The notes beneath the pieces are model-generated. The model was not told where the DNA came from and ran no database searches. It saw only the letters and a program-made list of their open reading frames with translations. The translations under genes were made by a program, and so were the position numbers. DNA of 48,781 nucleotides, filler included, from Jimgerdemannia flammicorona (Eukaryota), in the NCBI GenBank assembly GCA_003990765.1. It is 2 parts of 2 records of this genome, joined end to end, with 100 filler letters (N's around TTAATTAATTAA, not from the genome) between each part and the next. Parts side by side here need not be neighbours in the genome. Positions count along the whole stretch, not along the records: positions 24,444 to 48,781 come from RBNJ01000987.1; 1 more part is not named here. One strand, written 5' to 3'. Below, one piece after another: positions 36,290 to 48,781 of this stretch; position 1 is the stretch's first letter, and every line of letters starts with the position of its first letter.

Positions 36290-39200
36290 GGTGTATAGAG
36301 TCTATACAGTATACAGAACCTATATAGTGTATAGAGTCTGTATGGTGTACAGAGTCTGTACAGGTAAACAGACCTTATCTGGTATATCTGGCTAATTATA
36401 AGTATGGCAGTATGGGTAACTATGATATACTAGATATCATACTGAGAGTCTATATCATCTGGTTAAGTATGCCAATTGTTCATATTTTCTGGCTAAATTA
36501 TAGTTCAGGTGATATGTTTTGGTCTGTTATACTATAGTTAAAGAGATATATATTAGTACTACTAAATATATAGCTTACATTGATACTAATACTTATATCA
36601 ATATTTTTTGTTAGTATGAAAGTATTTTCTGAATTTGCTCCTATATCTCTCTCTATATATAGATAGATTACCACCTCTGTAAAGAATAGACTTCTGTTAC
36701 TATTATTGTCCTTAACTATCCTTTTTCTTCTTCTTATAGTTGCAGTCTTACTTTTAGTATCCATGCTTATTACAATGAAAGTATTTACTATCAAATTTAG
36801 CTCATTGATTATTATACTGACTATTAAACTGCTGGCTTTGCCCTTGTTCTTTGCTTTGCATATTTTTGACTTATTTATATATTCTATAGAATGCTTTCTC
36901 ATCATCTTTATTATTGTTACTATCCAATTTTAATTTCTTATTTAAAAGACTTATAATGATATATTTATAATCTGATAGCTTATCAGATTCTCTCATAGTA
37001 GTAACAACTATATTATATATCTTAAGAAGACCTCATATAAGGGCTAAAACCTTGTTTTTATTCTTGATAATATTAACTGATATAGATATAAGAGAGTTTA
37101 CTTAATTTGTCAGATTATTAACTAAATTAGCATAGTCTCAGATACTCTCTTCAAACTTTATTTAGAAATTAAATAATTATACTTTTAAGTAGAATCTGTT
37201 TGATATAGATACTTATTAGTAGTAATTATATAAGATCTCTCAGACTTTGTTTGCAATTATAATATTGATGATAAGTTTTATTTATATATTTAAAAGGATG
37301 AATATAATCTTTCTTAGTACTCTGTAATTTTTTACAGTATTATATCTTATTATTTATACATACTTATGGCTTCCAGTAGTTCTCTAAACTACATTCTTCT
37401 AAGAGATTCTTCATATAGTATACTTATATAGTATAGTTCTTATTATCAAAGACAGAAATTATTCTCTTTATCATTATTATTATTAGTACTATCACTATAG
37501 AAATAGTTATAGTTATAACTATCATAATAAGTATACTTATACTACTGATACTCATTCTAGGTCTCATTCTACTTATGTTATTTAGTAGGCTTATGTTTGA
37601 TATATCTAAGTTTCCTAGATTTGATATTTTCTTTATATAGTATAATATATATTAAAGTAATATTTTTATTTAGTCACTAATTGAGACTTATAATCTTTTA
37701 TTATAGAATACTTAGGAAAAGACAAATAGAGAGAAGTATTATTTATTGATACTAGTAAGTTGTACTTTTATATATCAAAATTAATAATATTTATATAATA
37801 ATATAGTTAGACTATATTATTATATATTAAGTTGTATATATATAACTAAGATATTTCAACAATAAGTATATATTTTTAATATATTTTTATAACTCAAACT
37901 ATTATTACTAATTTTATTTTTAATATTAAATAATAAAATATAATCTATTATAGTCTTTATATAAAGTTAAAATATTATTTTTTAATAGACTTAAGTTCTG
38001 TAAATTTTTATTAGAAGAGAACTTAGACTATATAGATCAAAACTCTCTACTGAGTACTATACTCTCATTAAATCTAAGCTAACTATTGTCTAGTAGTTTA
38101 ATTATATTAGATACAATAGAGCTTATATTAGCTTATATTTTATTCTATATACTATACTCTCTCTATCATTTAGGGAGAAAGTAAATATATGCCAATAATT
38201 AAAGATAAATATTCAAAACCTCAATATATATATATAAGACTATGTCTGAGCTAAATAGAATAGTTTTGCTACTCCAAATAGAGTGATAGATAAAGAAAAA
38301 CTATCTAAGAAATATAGAGTGAAGGGTAGGACCTAGTTCTCTCTGATAAGATGAGTAGAGAACTTATATGAGATAAAAGGAGACCCCTACCTACTACTCA
38401 AGCCTGCAGATCTCTATTATATACTATATTAGTTTTTAGTTTTAGTTAAGTATAGCTAAGATATCTAACCCAGGTAGCCTCAGATCTTTCAATAATCTCC
38501 AAATAACTAGAATTCAATCTCATATATCATCAAGACTATCAAAAATGATACCTACTATCTAACTACTTTATATTAATTAGAGGTCTCACCAATATAGTAC
38601 TTACTCTAGCTCTAATAACTATCACTAGTCTGGTATCTTACTGGTCTACTATAATTACTCTTTCTCTTATCTATAATAGTCATCTTTTCTTCCAACCTAA
38701 CTCTATCTGAAAATCAGTTATCTATATTAGAACTATACTTATTAGAAAGCTCACCAAAGCTCAGAGAGCTTTACTATAGATACTAAAGACTTGTAGATAA
38801 TCTATACTGATACTTAATGTTCAAGATTAGCCAAATCTCTATATAGCCTATAATATATCAAGAAAATATCTTATTAATAATAGTAAAAAAAAGAAAGTAC
38901 TATACTAAAATAAGTATACTTCAGATATAGTAGAAGATATTAGAAACTATAAAAAGATAAAGAAAGTATTAATCTGATATTAATAAAGAAGTAACTCATT
39001 ATCATTATCTTCTTCTCACTATTTTATAATAGATATAGTAAACCAATTTAAAATAGAGAGTATAAAATTAAAAAAAAAAAAAAAAAAATTATTATATTTT
39101 TATATATCTCATTATTTTTAAAATAATTAATATAATTATTATAATTATATTTAATATCTTTTTTAGTCTTTTTTATTTTATTTTATTAATAATAAGCCAT

Positions 39201-39900
39201 TAAGATAACTTATAATTAAATAGTTTTACTTATCTTTAAAATATTTATTAAATATTATAGACTATATAAGAATACTTTTATTTTTTAACTATATGTCTTT
39301 TTATTAAAAATACTATTAAAGTTATATTAATTATATTAATGTTTTTTAATACTTTTACTTTTCTACTTAAAAATCTTAATAATAAGATAGTTAATAATTA
39401 TCATTAAATTGTATAATAAGTTCTTTAGAAATAAAAATATTAATAATAATATTTATTTTTAAAAAAAGTTTAAAAAATAAAAAAAAATAAAAAAAATAAA
39501 AATAGATAAAGAAAAAAGATATATTATTTATAATACATATTTATTCATTTTCTTGATTATTAATTTTTAAAATATCTGTTTACTTTACTATAGTATTATC
39601 AGATATAATAAACTTCTTTAAAATATCTTAAAATTCTTTTATTAAAACAATTATCTCAGAATATATATAATATAAAAAAAATAGTCTATATATTGATCAT
39701 AATAAAGTTGAATTTAAATATAAAAGATATAGTTGGCAGTAGAATATAATTGATGATAGGATACTGATATTAGAATATAGTTGACAGCAGAATATAGTAG
39801 ATAGTAGAATATGATTAATATAAGATATATTGAAGATTTAGACAAGAGAAATATTGAACTTGATATAGAAATTCAGATATAAGTGTCAAATTCGAGAGAG
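36290..39900. repeat. Very AT-rich, CpG-free degenerate repeat relics, unclassifiable
   Basis: TA-rich. Short tandem GTGTATAGAGTCTATA-like units at 36291-36365. No recognisable motifs. Confidence 0.55.
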
Positions 39901-39971
39901 TTGATTGGGTCAAAGTATGCTATGGGGAGATTTGGATATAAAAATAAAGAAATAACCGTTGTCACATTAAT

Positions 39972-40093
39972 AAAACTTGCCCATATAGGGCTATCCACTC
40001 AGGAAGATAGTGTCATCCTTGTGCAGGGGCCATGCTAATCTTCTCTATATCGTTCCAATTTTTTCAAGTGTCAGCGGTCCCGAAGGACTTGAC
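39972..40093 (-). ncRNA. U6: U6 snRNA copy (variant or retrocopy) flanked by a 15-bp direct repeat
   Basis: Minus strand reads GTCCTTCGGGAC...AAAATTGGAACGATATAGAGAAGATTAGCATGGCCCCTGCACAAGGATGACAC...GTTTT. CGTTGTCACATTAAT occurs at both 39957-39971 and 40093-40107. Confidence 0.9.
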
Positions 40094-40763
40094 GTTGTCA
40101 CATTAATTGTCATGTCAATTTTATCATGACAACCATAGAATTTTGCGTCACACCTTGTTATATACAGATAAAATTCGTGACATTGTTTCTTTAATATTAC
40201 TAAGCCACCAGAAATACATTTTAAAAGCCGCTCAAAAAGATCAAAATATTGTATGTCTTAAATTAGAATGATTTACCACCAGCACATAATCCCCACTTCC
40301 GTCAGATTGTTTGATTATGACCTATTATGACCTATTATTTGGTCGAGTCTCAGGTCCGCGAACATACGATTGGAAGGAGGATTGACCTTGGGGCAATAAA
40401 GTCACATTGGATTACATAATATGACTAGTGTATTTGTTCGTTGAATCGTATTCATGCAGCAGTGGCCAATCGTGGAAATCGTAAGGCTGGGTCCGAGGTG
40501 GGTGATACACAGCATGCTAAACACGTGACAGCCTGGGCTTGGGCAACGTGTTAATTTTTCTTTGTCCTTTAGTATAGAGGGCACTGGGTTCCAAAATCCA
40601 TATCAAGGTTCCAAAAACGAGGTAATATAACTATGCCCCTCATTTACAATCTTCAAACACGGAATTCGAAACGCCGTCGACACACTACCGATTCAACACC
40701 TCTGCGACTCCACCCACTCCAACCGCAATATCACAAAGTACCCTCGCTCGAGACTACGGCAAG

Positions 40764-43096
40764 ATGATGTCTCCCGATACGACTGTTGAAGCGAACCAAT
40801 ATATTTTCGAAGGGTCAACGAATTCAACCAAAGCAGAAGTCTCACCGCTCGAAGACGCCATAAAACTTTATCATCATCACCAACTCAGCACGGCACAGCT
40901 CAGCAAAACCAGCCAAGCACGCATACGTTCTCTGAAACTCAACTTTCCCGATCGTGAACAACAGCTCAAAGGCTGCTTGCATGCATTGGAAGTCTCTGAC
41001 GAGCTGTCGAATTATCTCGTTTATATCCCGTTCGAACGGTTCAAAAACATTGGAACCATATCACACGGTCGTTTTTCGACAACCCTTCGAGGCACTGTTT
41101 CTAGTGAAGACCTGCGGGGGTTCGCTAGTTCTCCAAATCACGACATGCCGGAGAGATGGGAGGAGGAGAACAAGAGGTCCGATGATAATCATTACGATTA
41201 TCAAGAAGAACGTTATTATGCAATGAAGACCTATAATCGAGGTTATGAACATAAGTTTAAAGTTCAGGTATGCTTGCATGACAATAACCACATGTCGGTA
41301 TGTTTCTTACCGTATAATGTACCTTTCTCATTGACGATGATCTGAAAATTACCCATCTTAGGTCATTTTTTCCGTTCTACTTACGACTTTCAGTGACACC
41401 TACGACGCAGTGTCACCAATCGGATTCACCCGAAAGAGCGATGATGACCTGCCTTACATCATTATGGAAATTACTGAGGCCGGAAATCTCGGGAATATGC
41501 TCCAAAAGCAGCAAGAACGGACTTGGACGGATATTTGGAGGTATGCGGTCTTTCTTGCGAGTGGATTGAGCAACGTACATAAACTAGGCATTATTCATGG
41601 GAATCTGCACCCGGAGAACGTCGTTATCGCAGGAGACAAATCGCTACCGTATATCATCGGTTTCGGCCTCAGCCGGCAGATAACCAACGATGACATCACG
41701 CTTACCGAAGCGTTAGACTGTGTTTACGACAGGCTGGATTACCTCCCTCCAGAGATGTTCGCGCCTACGTCGCTTTCGAAAGGGTCCGACATTTATTGTC
41801 TTGGGACCCTATTATGGCAGCTTGTAACCACTGTATCACCTCGTGGTACTATCAAGACGACCCAACGAGCTGATGGTTTGCGCGAAGACCTTATTCCTGG
41901 AGTGCCAAAAGCGTACGAGAATATTTACAGCAGCTGTTGGAATGACAATCCGCAGCAACGACCCACAGCAGAGCAGATAGTGAAGCAACTCCTTGCTGCT
42001 GAAGTTGATATCAGAATTGCAAAGAATTTGTCCCCCGATACCACTGAATTTATCTCCGCCTTGCGAATTCAAACGTCCATGTCAGGTTTGTTGCGAAAAT
42101 TCCCAATTCTGTTGCGATTACTTGTCGTATCTTCATTCCACCGACTTACCTTCTAGAAGATCCACAAAAACCATCCCAAGTTTCGGCACCATTGGACAAT
42201 CAGCCTCTGGTAGAAGAGATTACTATCAATAACGCTATCGAAACCGACGAAGAGCTCTTTTTACGGTATGACATCAAGATATATAGCCGTTTGCCTTTTA
42301 AATTACAGGGCACAATTATTGAAACCTCTTTTCCCCTTTCCATAAATAGGATTCGCAAAATGACGGAGGAAGAATTTGTAAAGTAAGTACTCTGATTAGG
42401 GTTCTTCTATACTTCTATATAATGATCGTATCAAACTCAATTTTTCGACATTCCAGATTTGGGCGCGAAAACCAGTCAATTGTGCAGAGATACAAAGAAT
42501 ATACTGAAAGAGAAAAGACTGAACTGGACAAAAAAGAGGAGGAGCTGAATAAGTTAGAGAAACAATTACAGCTGGAGATTAAAAGGGTAAATATAACAAT
42601 TGATGTGTTTTGCGCTGATGTCAATCGACCAATGTCGTTTGCCATATCAGGTTAGCTTCTTGTGTATAACATGTAACTTGTTATTTCATGAAGGCTTTCC
42701 CATGGAAATGGCTTCGAAGGGCGATGGGATTTCGCGAATACGCCAAGGATCCAGATCCTCAAGCACTAGCGAATGCCCAAGGATTATCGGCCGATATACT
42801 GGCAAGGAAAAGGATCGAATGGCGGCGAACCATGCATAAAAGTAAACCGAAAGGTTCGGAGGCGATACCAATGGTCAAAGAAGCGCCCGGCATTGTATTG
42901 CAAAATTCTGACGAGCAAATTTCGACGATAGTGGATTCCAATAACGGCAGTGGTGGCAAAAAAAAAAAAAAATTCATTTCACTTATCTGGCGAAGAAAGA
43001 AAACGGGTGCGCCCAAGATTTCCATATCACGCAAGTCTCGAGGTACTTAGTTTGCTTGTTGCCTGATTCCCCTTCATACGTCAAGGTTGGCAGTAA
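40764..43096 (+). CDS. Multi-exon tyrosine-kinase-like (TKL) protein, probably a pseudokinase, with a coiled-coil C-terminus
   Basis: Frame-consistent GT-AG model: 40764-41267, 41362-42085, 42157-42265, 42350-42382, 42457-42586, 42694-43042, 43086-43096. Motifs YAMK, IIHGNLHPENV, IGFGLS, YLPPE, SDIYCLG, CW..NPQQRPTA. Confidence 0.82.
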
Positions 43097-44264
43097 GCTC
43101 GAGCATGCTGCGTCGGCGGAGAAACTACAGGCGAGGAAGCTTGCCTAAGTCTTTCGTAAAATCTGCCATTTTTATTCTTTGCCGCTCTTGCGCTCATCTC
43201 ATTGTTAGTGGCGATAGACTTTGGCTAGCGATAAATTGACGTTGAATCTCAGAGAATGAATACCTTTTTTTTTTTATTTTTTATTTTTTTTGTTTTGTTC
43301 GTCTTTTGATGTATTGATAAGGCCAATTGGACTGGATTTAGAACAGTTTGTTGTTAATTGGCGTCGTACACAAAAATAATACGTATTTAACAAACATTTG
43401 GCACAAACATAGCGAAAATAGCCATCTCTACTAGAATACAACATTCGGAATGTTATCATCGGTATGTGAGAAATAATCAAAAATCTTTTCTCCACAGCAC
43501 GCTATCCTATGTGCGGAATAATAAAACAAGCTTATCGCATGAATTTGAGGTTTGACATTATAATATTTGTCAAGTATACAACTCCGATTCTGACCACGTT
43601 TTATTCGATATTTATAATCTTGAGTTCGTTGGAATTGTCATGTGCAGCCTTTCTCACGAACCCCAAAAAAAAGAAATAGAAAATGGGACCATGCGTCGAG
43701 ATATGACGTTACCACAATGACAGGGTATGACGTTAACCCTTTTGAATCGCCAGGAAACAAATAGAGACTGAGTGTAAAAGTTCTTTGCACTACAAACACA
43801 TTCCTACACTGTGGGGACAAACAGTAACACAAATCAAGTCGTCCGGAATTGGATCTTGATAGAATTGTCATTATATCACGCCTTCTTTCCTTCTATATAT
43901 TCCCGGTAATGCCAATCGTTCTTTGTCGCCACATCGTTCACTACCTATCTCGAACACTATCTTCGACATCCATTGCATCGAAAGTGTAACAACGCTTACG
44001 AAAGGACATTGAACCTCCGATTCCACTTTAATCATATTCTTCGCGAAAAGTAAGTCCCATCAGCGTGATCTATTATCTCAAATGCAAAATATTCGTCATA
44101 ATCGATTGTAACAGATTTTATTTTCCACCTTCCAATCCGTACAGAAGATTGCGATATGTCGGCCCCTCAACGTACGGTATTGGAACTCGGAGAGATTCAT
44201 CGTTTAGGTCGGGATAGCGGGGCTCGTGGCAATGATTTGACTGAACGAGAGCAAAGGCTCCGGA

Positions 44265-45326
44265 ATGGAATCAGCAGGACGCAGGTTCGTTCTTTGCTTA
44301 ACTATACTTGTCATAGCCAGGAGCAAATTAATGCGATCATGCTCTCCTTACAACAGTATCACAATCGCTTCACAGATCAAGCATTACGAAAAATGGTTTT
44401 ATTTTCCCTGCGCATTCATTTTATTGGGCTACCTCGGCACGTTTACATTATCTCGTATATTGAAGAATCCGGGCCTACAAAGTGCTTTCGATCATTGGGT
44501 TTCTTGGATCTCCGGGAGTTCCAACAATTTACTGAGCCTATGTGTCACTGGCTGGGCTCTAGTCAAGAAACGCTCGCCAACATGGAACCAATGCAAGTGG
44601 TACTCAAATAATTACCTCTGGTTTGCAATAGCCACAATATGTACAATAGCATTCATTGTTGTAATTGCTGTATTCACCACGGACACTGAAAGCTCTGCAG
44701 ATAATGTGTCACTGCTCGCAGTATTTAGTTTTTTAGTTGACTTCGTATCCACGATATTGGCTATCAAACTCTCAACTGATACGGATTCGACAAGGATAGA
44801 TCAAGAGTTACAATCGCAACCGGAATCCACTTCCGAACCCCCAAGATCTGCTAGCACACCTACCGTGAATTCTTTGGAAACCTCGTCTCCACCCGCGACT
44901 TTTGGTGTCTCAACCAGCACCGCATCACACCCCTCTTCTGACGCTCCAGCTCCTACGCCAATTGTTCCTCTGGCAACCGAGACAACTGATATTCCACCCC
45001 ATATCACTGTCGCTCAGGCTTCTACACCAATTGGGGTCAAACGCTCCGACAGATCATCAGTTTCGGATCCTATGCCAATCGCGACCAAATCCTCCCACGG
45101 ATCATCTGATATTCCTACATCTGCCCCGGCTCTTACGCCAATGGCGACCTCTACTGTCGCAGGTGACGACGGCATTCGTCCAACTTCCTCTCTGGCGATC
45201 AAACATTCTTCACCAACCACAACCTCTACAAACCCACCTCAAACTCCTCCACCAATTGCGGCACCTAATAGCACAGATCCCAACATTCTCGAAATGTCCT
45301 GTCCGGAAAGCGAAACCTCCCGATGA
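44265..45326 (+). CDS. Hypothetical membrane protein (about 4-5 hydrophobic segments) with a Ser/Thr/Pro-rich tail
   Basis: 353-aa ORF with hydrophobic stretches in the N-terminal half. A possible upstream exon 44156-44207 would join via a 49-nt GT-AG intron. Confidence 0.65.
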   Translation: MESAGRRFVLCLTILVIARSKLMRSCSPYNSITIASQIKHYEKWFYFPCAFILLGYLGTFTLSRILKNPGLQSAFDHWVSWISGSSNNLLSLCVTGWALVKKRSPTWNQCKWYSNNYLWFAIATICTIAFIVVIAVFTTDTESSADNVSLLAVFSFLVDFVSTILAIKLSTDTDSTRIDQELQSQPESTSEPPRSASTPTVNSLETSSPPATFGVSTSTASHPSSDAPAPTPIVPLATETTDIPPHITVAQASTPIGVKRSDRSSVSDPMPIATKSSHGSSDIPTSAPALTPMATSTVAGDDGIRPTSSLAIKHSSPTTTSTNPPQTPPPIAAPNSTDPNILEMSCPESETSR

Positions 45327-45700
45327 TCCCTTCCGCAACTTTCTCTCTTGCCAGCATTGACCCAGCCGATACCAACATATTGGGACATTTTCCATACTCC
45401 GTCAGCTCATATCATGCCCTCCAGATCTCAACTTCGATGGCGAGCACCTCGATCAGAGGAAGCATTCCATCTGCAGTGACAGTACAGAGGACGAATCCGT
45501 ACAGAACAACTAGAGCGTTTCAAAATTATACACTGAAGGTTAATCACTTGGCGACCACAACGGCCCATGGATACCATCTCTCCCCTGAATCGGCATACCA
45601 TCTAACCAATTTCCGCGGTAAATTTCTAATACTCCGTCAATGTACTTTTAAGCTTTGATGTTGATGTATTCAACGTGGATTTGCCACACTACTTTTCCTT

Positions 45701-45740
<40 letters not shown>

Positions 45741-47040
45741 TTCCTGTAGTAAGCATAGATTACTATATGTATCATTGGATGTTAGCGCATGCCTTAAACC
45801 ATTTACCTGTTTCTGCAACTTGTGTTGATTGGATGGCTTGCAAATTAGAAAATGGACGAAAGAAAAGTGGGACATACGTATCGAATATATACCTTTTGAT
45901 GTTGACACGTTGTTTTCTGAGATTTGTTGGTAATATCTAGATAATGTCACGTGAGGAACTTGTCGCTCCGCATGGGCGTCATATCGTTCACCAAAAACAT
46001 GGCTCCGAACATCCGTTACTCTCTTGTCGTACCACCTCCATCTCACTTTTTTCTGATGACCGTGGTGGGTACATCATGTACGGCGCATGGGCAGTGACTG
46101 TTTTTTTTTTTTTTTTTTTTTTTTGTCCTCTTCGATTCCGATTATATTTCCTCTTTGCGCGTATAATAATAACCCAGTCTATTTTTGGCAACGAATCTAT
46201 CTCAGAACCAACCATCATCGACCACCCATCGGTCTACTCGGAGGCAACTCCTGCATGTATGATGACGGTATTACCACGTGCCCGTCCCATTGAAGGTCCG
46301 GCCTCGTGCCCGTTTTCCATGCTATGCCTCAACCTCATGTTTACCCTTTTTGTCAGCGGCGCTAATCCTTCGCTTCCCACAATCTTTCCGTTCCACCAGC
46401 CCCTTCCGGTCGCCCACTTACGCATGATCCAAAACCTGCTGATTAAAAATCCTTCTCAAGTATCCCAAAAAATCAAAGAACCCCACGGAGCAAGTTACAA
46501 TGATTAATAAAAATAAAAATAAAATAAAAACGTTCATTACCCCTGCCATTGTTGTTACCTTTGTTACCTTTACTATTTTGTTTTTGCCTTTATCATGAAA
46601 ATTCAACTTGTACCGGTGCCATACATTTAGTATCTGTGCCATACAATCGAGTACCGACACCATACTAAGGACAAATTATGTCATGTATGCAATACGATTT
46701 TATGATAGTCCTATTTCAATAAATAACTAAGAATAGGTGTAAGGGAGGCTCTTGCAAACGTTGGACGGGCCCCGCATAAACTGCAAAACCCACATGCATA
46801 CAACTTATGCGAATAAGTACATCAGCAAAGATATCTCTTTGAGTTTATTCAACGAGATTTAACTCTAGAAACCTGGATTGTAAGGTTCTCATCGTTCTAT
46901 CTTGAAAATTCGGAAAAAATTGCTCTTTCAAATGTGTGTTTCGCTAAATCGTCGATCTTCGCGAAGGATGGTTCGGACGGCAGAGTCGCGTTCACGAAGA
47001 GATCATCGCTTCAATTATTTTTGCTGAATCGAAAATTTTC

Positions 47041-47140
47041 GCTTAATTGAACCTTTTCTCTGAATTGAACCTTTTCGCTGAATTGAAATTTTTGCTGAAT
47101 TGAAATTTTTGCTGAATTAAAACTTTTCGCTGAATTGAAA
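47041..47140. repeat. Minisatellite, ~17-19-bp unit GCTGAATTGAA(C/A)(C/T)TTTT
   Basis: About six imperfect tandem copies. Confidence 0.85.
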
Positions 47141-48504
47141 CGTTATCCGTTAAGGTTTCCAAAGGAGCTTTTTGAGAGCGCAGCATGCGCAGTCGTAAAT
47201 GAGCAACTTCTCCAACAAGCTTATCAGCTACCAACACGAAAGATAGCATTTACGGTTAATCGTCACCCAGCAGTTATCGTACAAGCTCTTGCGTCATGAT
47301 TCGGATCCATTTGGATCCTTTCGGATTGGACCGAATAAATTGGTCGGTTCAATGTCGTTTGCATTCGGAACGAAACCGTTCAGCGTCAGCCAAGTGTAAG
47401 GTTCGGCTCATTCGAGTCCAATCGCCACATAGAAATGAATCTAACGAATTGATTCATCACAAATTGGATTCAACCAGAACATGTTTATATGGAATGCAAA
47501 TATGACTGGATCCAATTAAAATTTTATTTGTTCAGAGCCCTATATAGATATTTTCAGCTATCCGAGTTGTTGACATTTTACGTAAAGTCGTCCTTGGTTG
47601 TTGGTAGTCACCAACGGCCCGTCGAATCGTGCTGGCAACCACTGTCGTCATTCTCTTCGCTGTCATGGGAATGTGGGCGGCTTCACGGCCACGTACGAAC
47701 TTACCCGGAATCCGACGGTGGAGTCGGGAGGGGGGTGACGTGACCAGCATCCACGAGACGGTGACGCTGAATTCAACGACAAGGACGTCGTGCAAGTTCG
47801 TTTTAAGTTCCGGAGATTGATATGTCGGTGTTGTAAATGGAGAAGATATAAAGCTCAAACAAACGTGCACTTATTTTGATACACGAGCGGTCTTTGGTGG
47901 AGTTTTTATGAATCTGAAGCAAAGGGGTTTAAGCGTCAAAGTGTGGAATTAGCAAGGTTGGCTTAGGTGGCCCGTTATCTCGTAGATTATCCAGGTAAGG
48001 TGACCGCAATGTGATTAGCGGACCCGCAGGAGCGGACCCGCAGTTAACCGTCACATCAGAGTAAACCATTTGCTGCGAAAACTTAATAATCCGCGCACTT
48101 ACATAATGCCTTTAAGAAATACAAACAACGCTCCCGAAAGTGCGCGGTGTGCCCTCCAATTCATACATCTACTGTTATCCCTGGACGCGTCCTAGCTCGC
48201 TGTCGAAGGGCCCTCCCAAACAAGGCTTCTTGTCATCCTCAATGCGGTTCCGCACCTGCCGAAACCGTCACATTCCCAACTGCGCCTCAAAAACGCGTAA
48301 ACCGTCACCCGCTGTTCGTGGCTGTCCAGGGACATAAAATGAGTGGAACCCGGCAACCCGTTTTCTATGACTACCCCCCTTCACCGAGATTCCGCCCTCC
48401 GAGATTCCTTTCATCTGCCCACCTAAATTCCCGCTCTCCGTCCGCCGAGATTCCGGTACCATGAATCACGAAGAACAAGAGCCCCGTGTCCAACGATAAC
48501 TTAC

Positions 48505-48678
48505 ACCCAAAGAACAGGTACGGTCTCTATCCTTAGAGTCCGCTGCACCCACCCGGCCACCTCGCCCAAAGAACAAGTCCGGTCTCTATCCTTAGAGTCC
48601 GCTGCACACCTCGTCCAAAGAACAAGTCCGGTTTCCATGCCCAGAGTCCGCTGCGCCCAACTGGCCACCTCGCCCAAG
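48505..48678. repeat. Imperfect tandem repeat, ~50-60-bp unit
   Basis: Three copies of CCAAAGAACA(A/G)GT(C/A)CGGT..AGAGTCCGCTGC with CACCTCG linkers. Confidence 0.85.
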
Positions 48679-48781
48679 CCGACCCTAATATGCCCGCCAG
48701 GTCCATGACGTCCTCTTCAACGCCCTCTAACATTACGTCTAAGCGGATCGTACTTTACTGGGTCACTGGATTTTTTTTTTT

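Noticed and set aside
36498..36933. Hydrophobic ORFs 36498..36905 and 36706..36933
   Set aside because: I/L/F/K-rich products expected from AT-rich decayed DNA, with no supporting motifs.
39972..40093. U6atac identity
   Set aside because: The core matches major U6 (GATTAGCATGGCCCCTGC) and has the 5' UUCG stem-loop. It does not have the U6atac AAGGAGAGA box.
45323..48464. Assorted short ORFs in the 3' region
   Set aside because: They overlap poly-T tracts or each other, show no domains or consistent splice model, and are probably intergenic or UTR sequence.
47041..48678. CRISPR-like arrays
   Set aside because: The repeats are tandem without unique spacers, there are no cas genes, and the context is eukaryotic.

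Overview
This is eukaryotic DNA, most likely from an early-diverging fungus (inferred from a TKL-type kinase with short introns, chromoviral and Ty3/gypsy relics and a fungal Tc1-like DDE relic). Roughly 1.9-39.9 kb is a nest of transposable elements at different stages of C->T decay: three Ty3/gypsy relics, a DDE transposase relic and L1/Tx1-like LINEs. The last 9 kb holds host genes and a U6 snRNA copy flanked by a target-site duplication (TSD). The standout is a nearly unmutated, CpG-rich retroelement at 3672-12851 (minus strand, 9138-bp unit) inserted into a dead gypsy gag. It is bounded by a perfect 42-bp direct repeat that cuts through one of its own ORFs, so it reads as an opened circle. 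It has one internal LTR-like control region (PPT, TG, TATA, AATAAA, CA, TGG) and encodes capsid-like Gag, aspartic protease, RT and RNase H. It has no integrase or tyrosine recombinase, and it carries a second ORF with a PHD-type zinc finger. This is the architecture of an integrated pararetrovirus-like circular genome, here in a probable fungal host. The 100-nt N/TTAATTAATTAA spacer at 24344-24443 is an assembly artefact.
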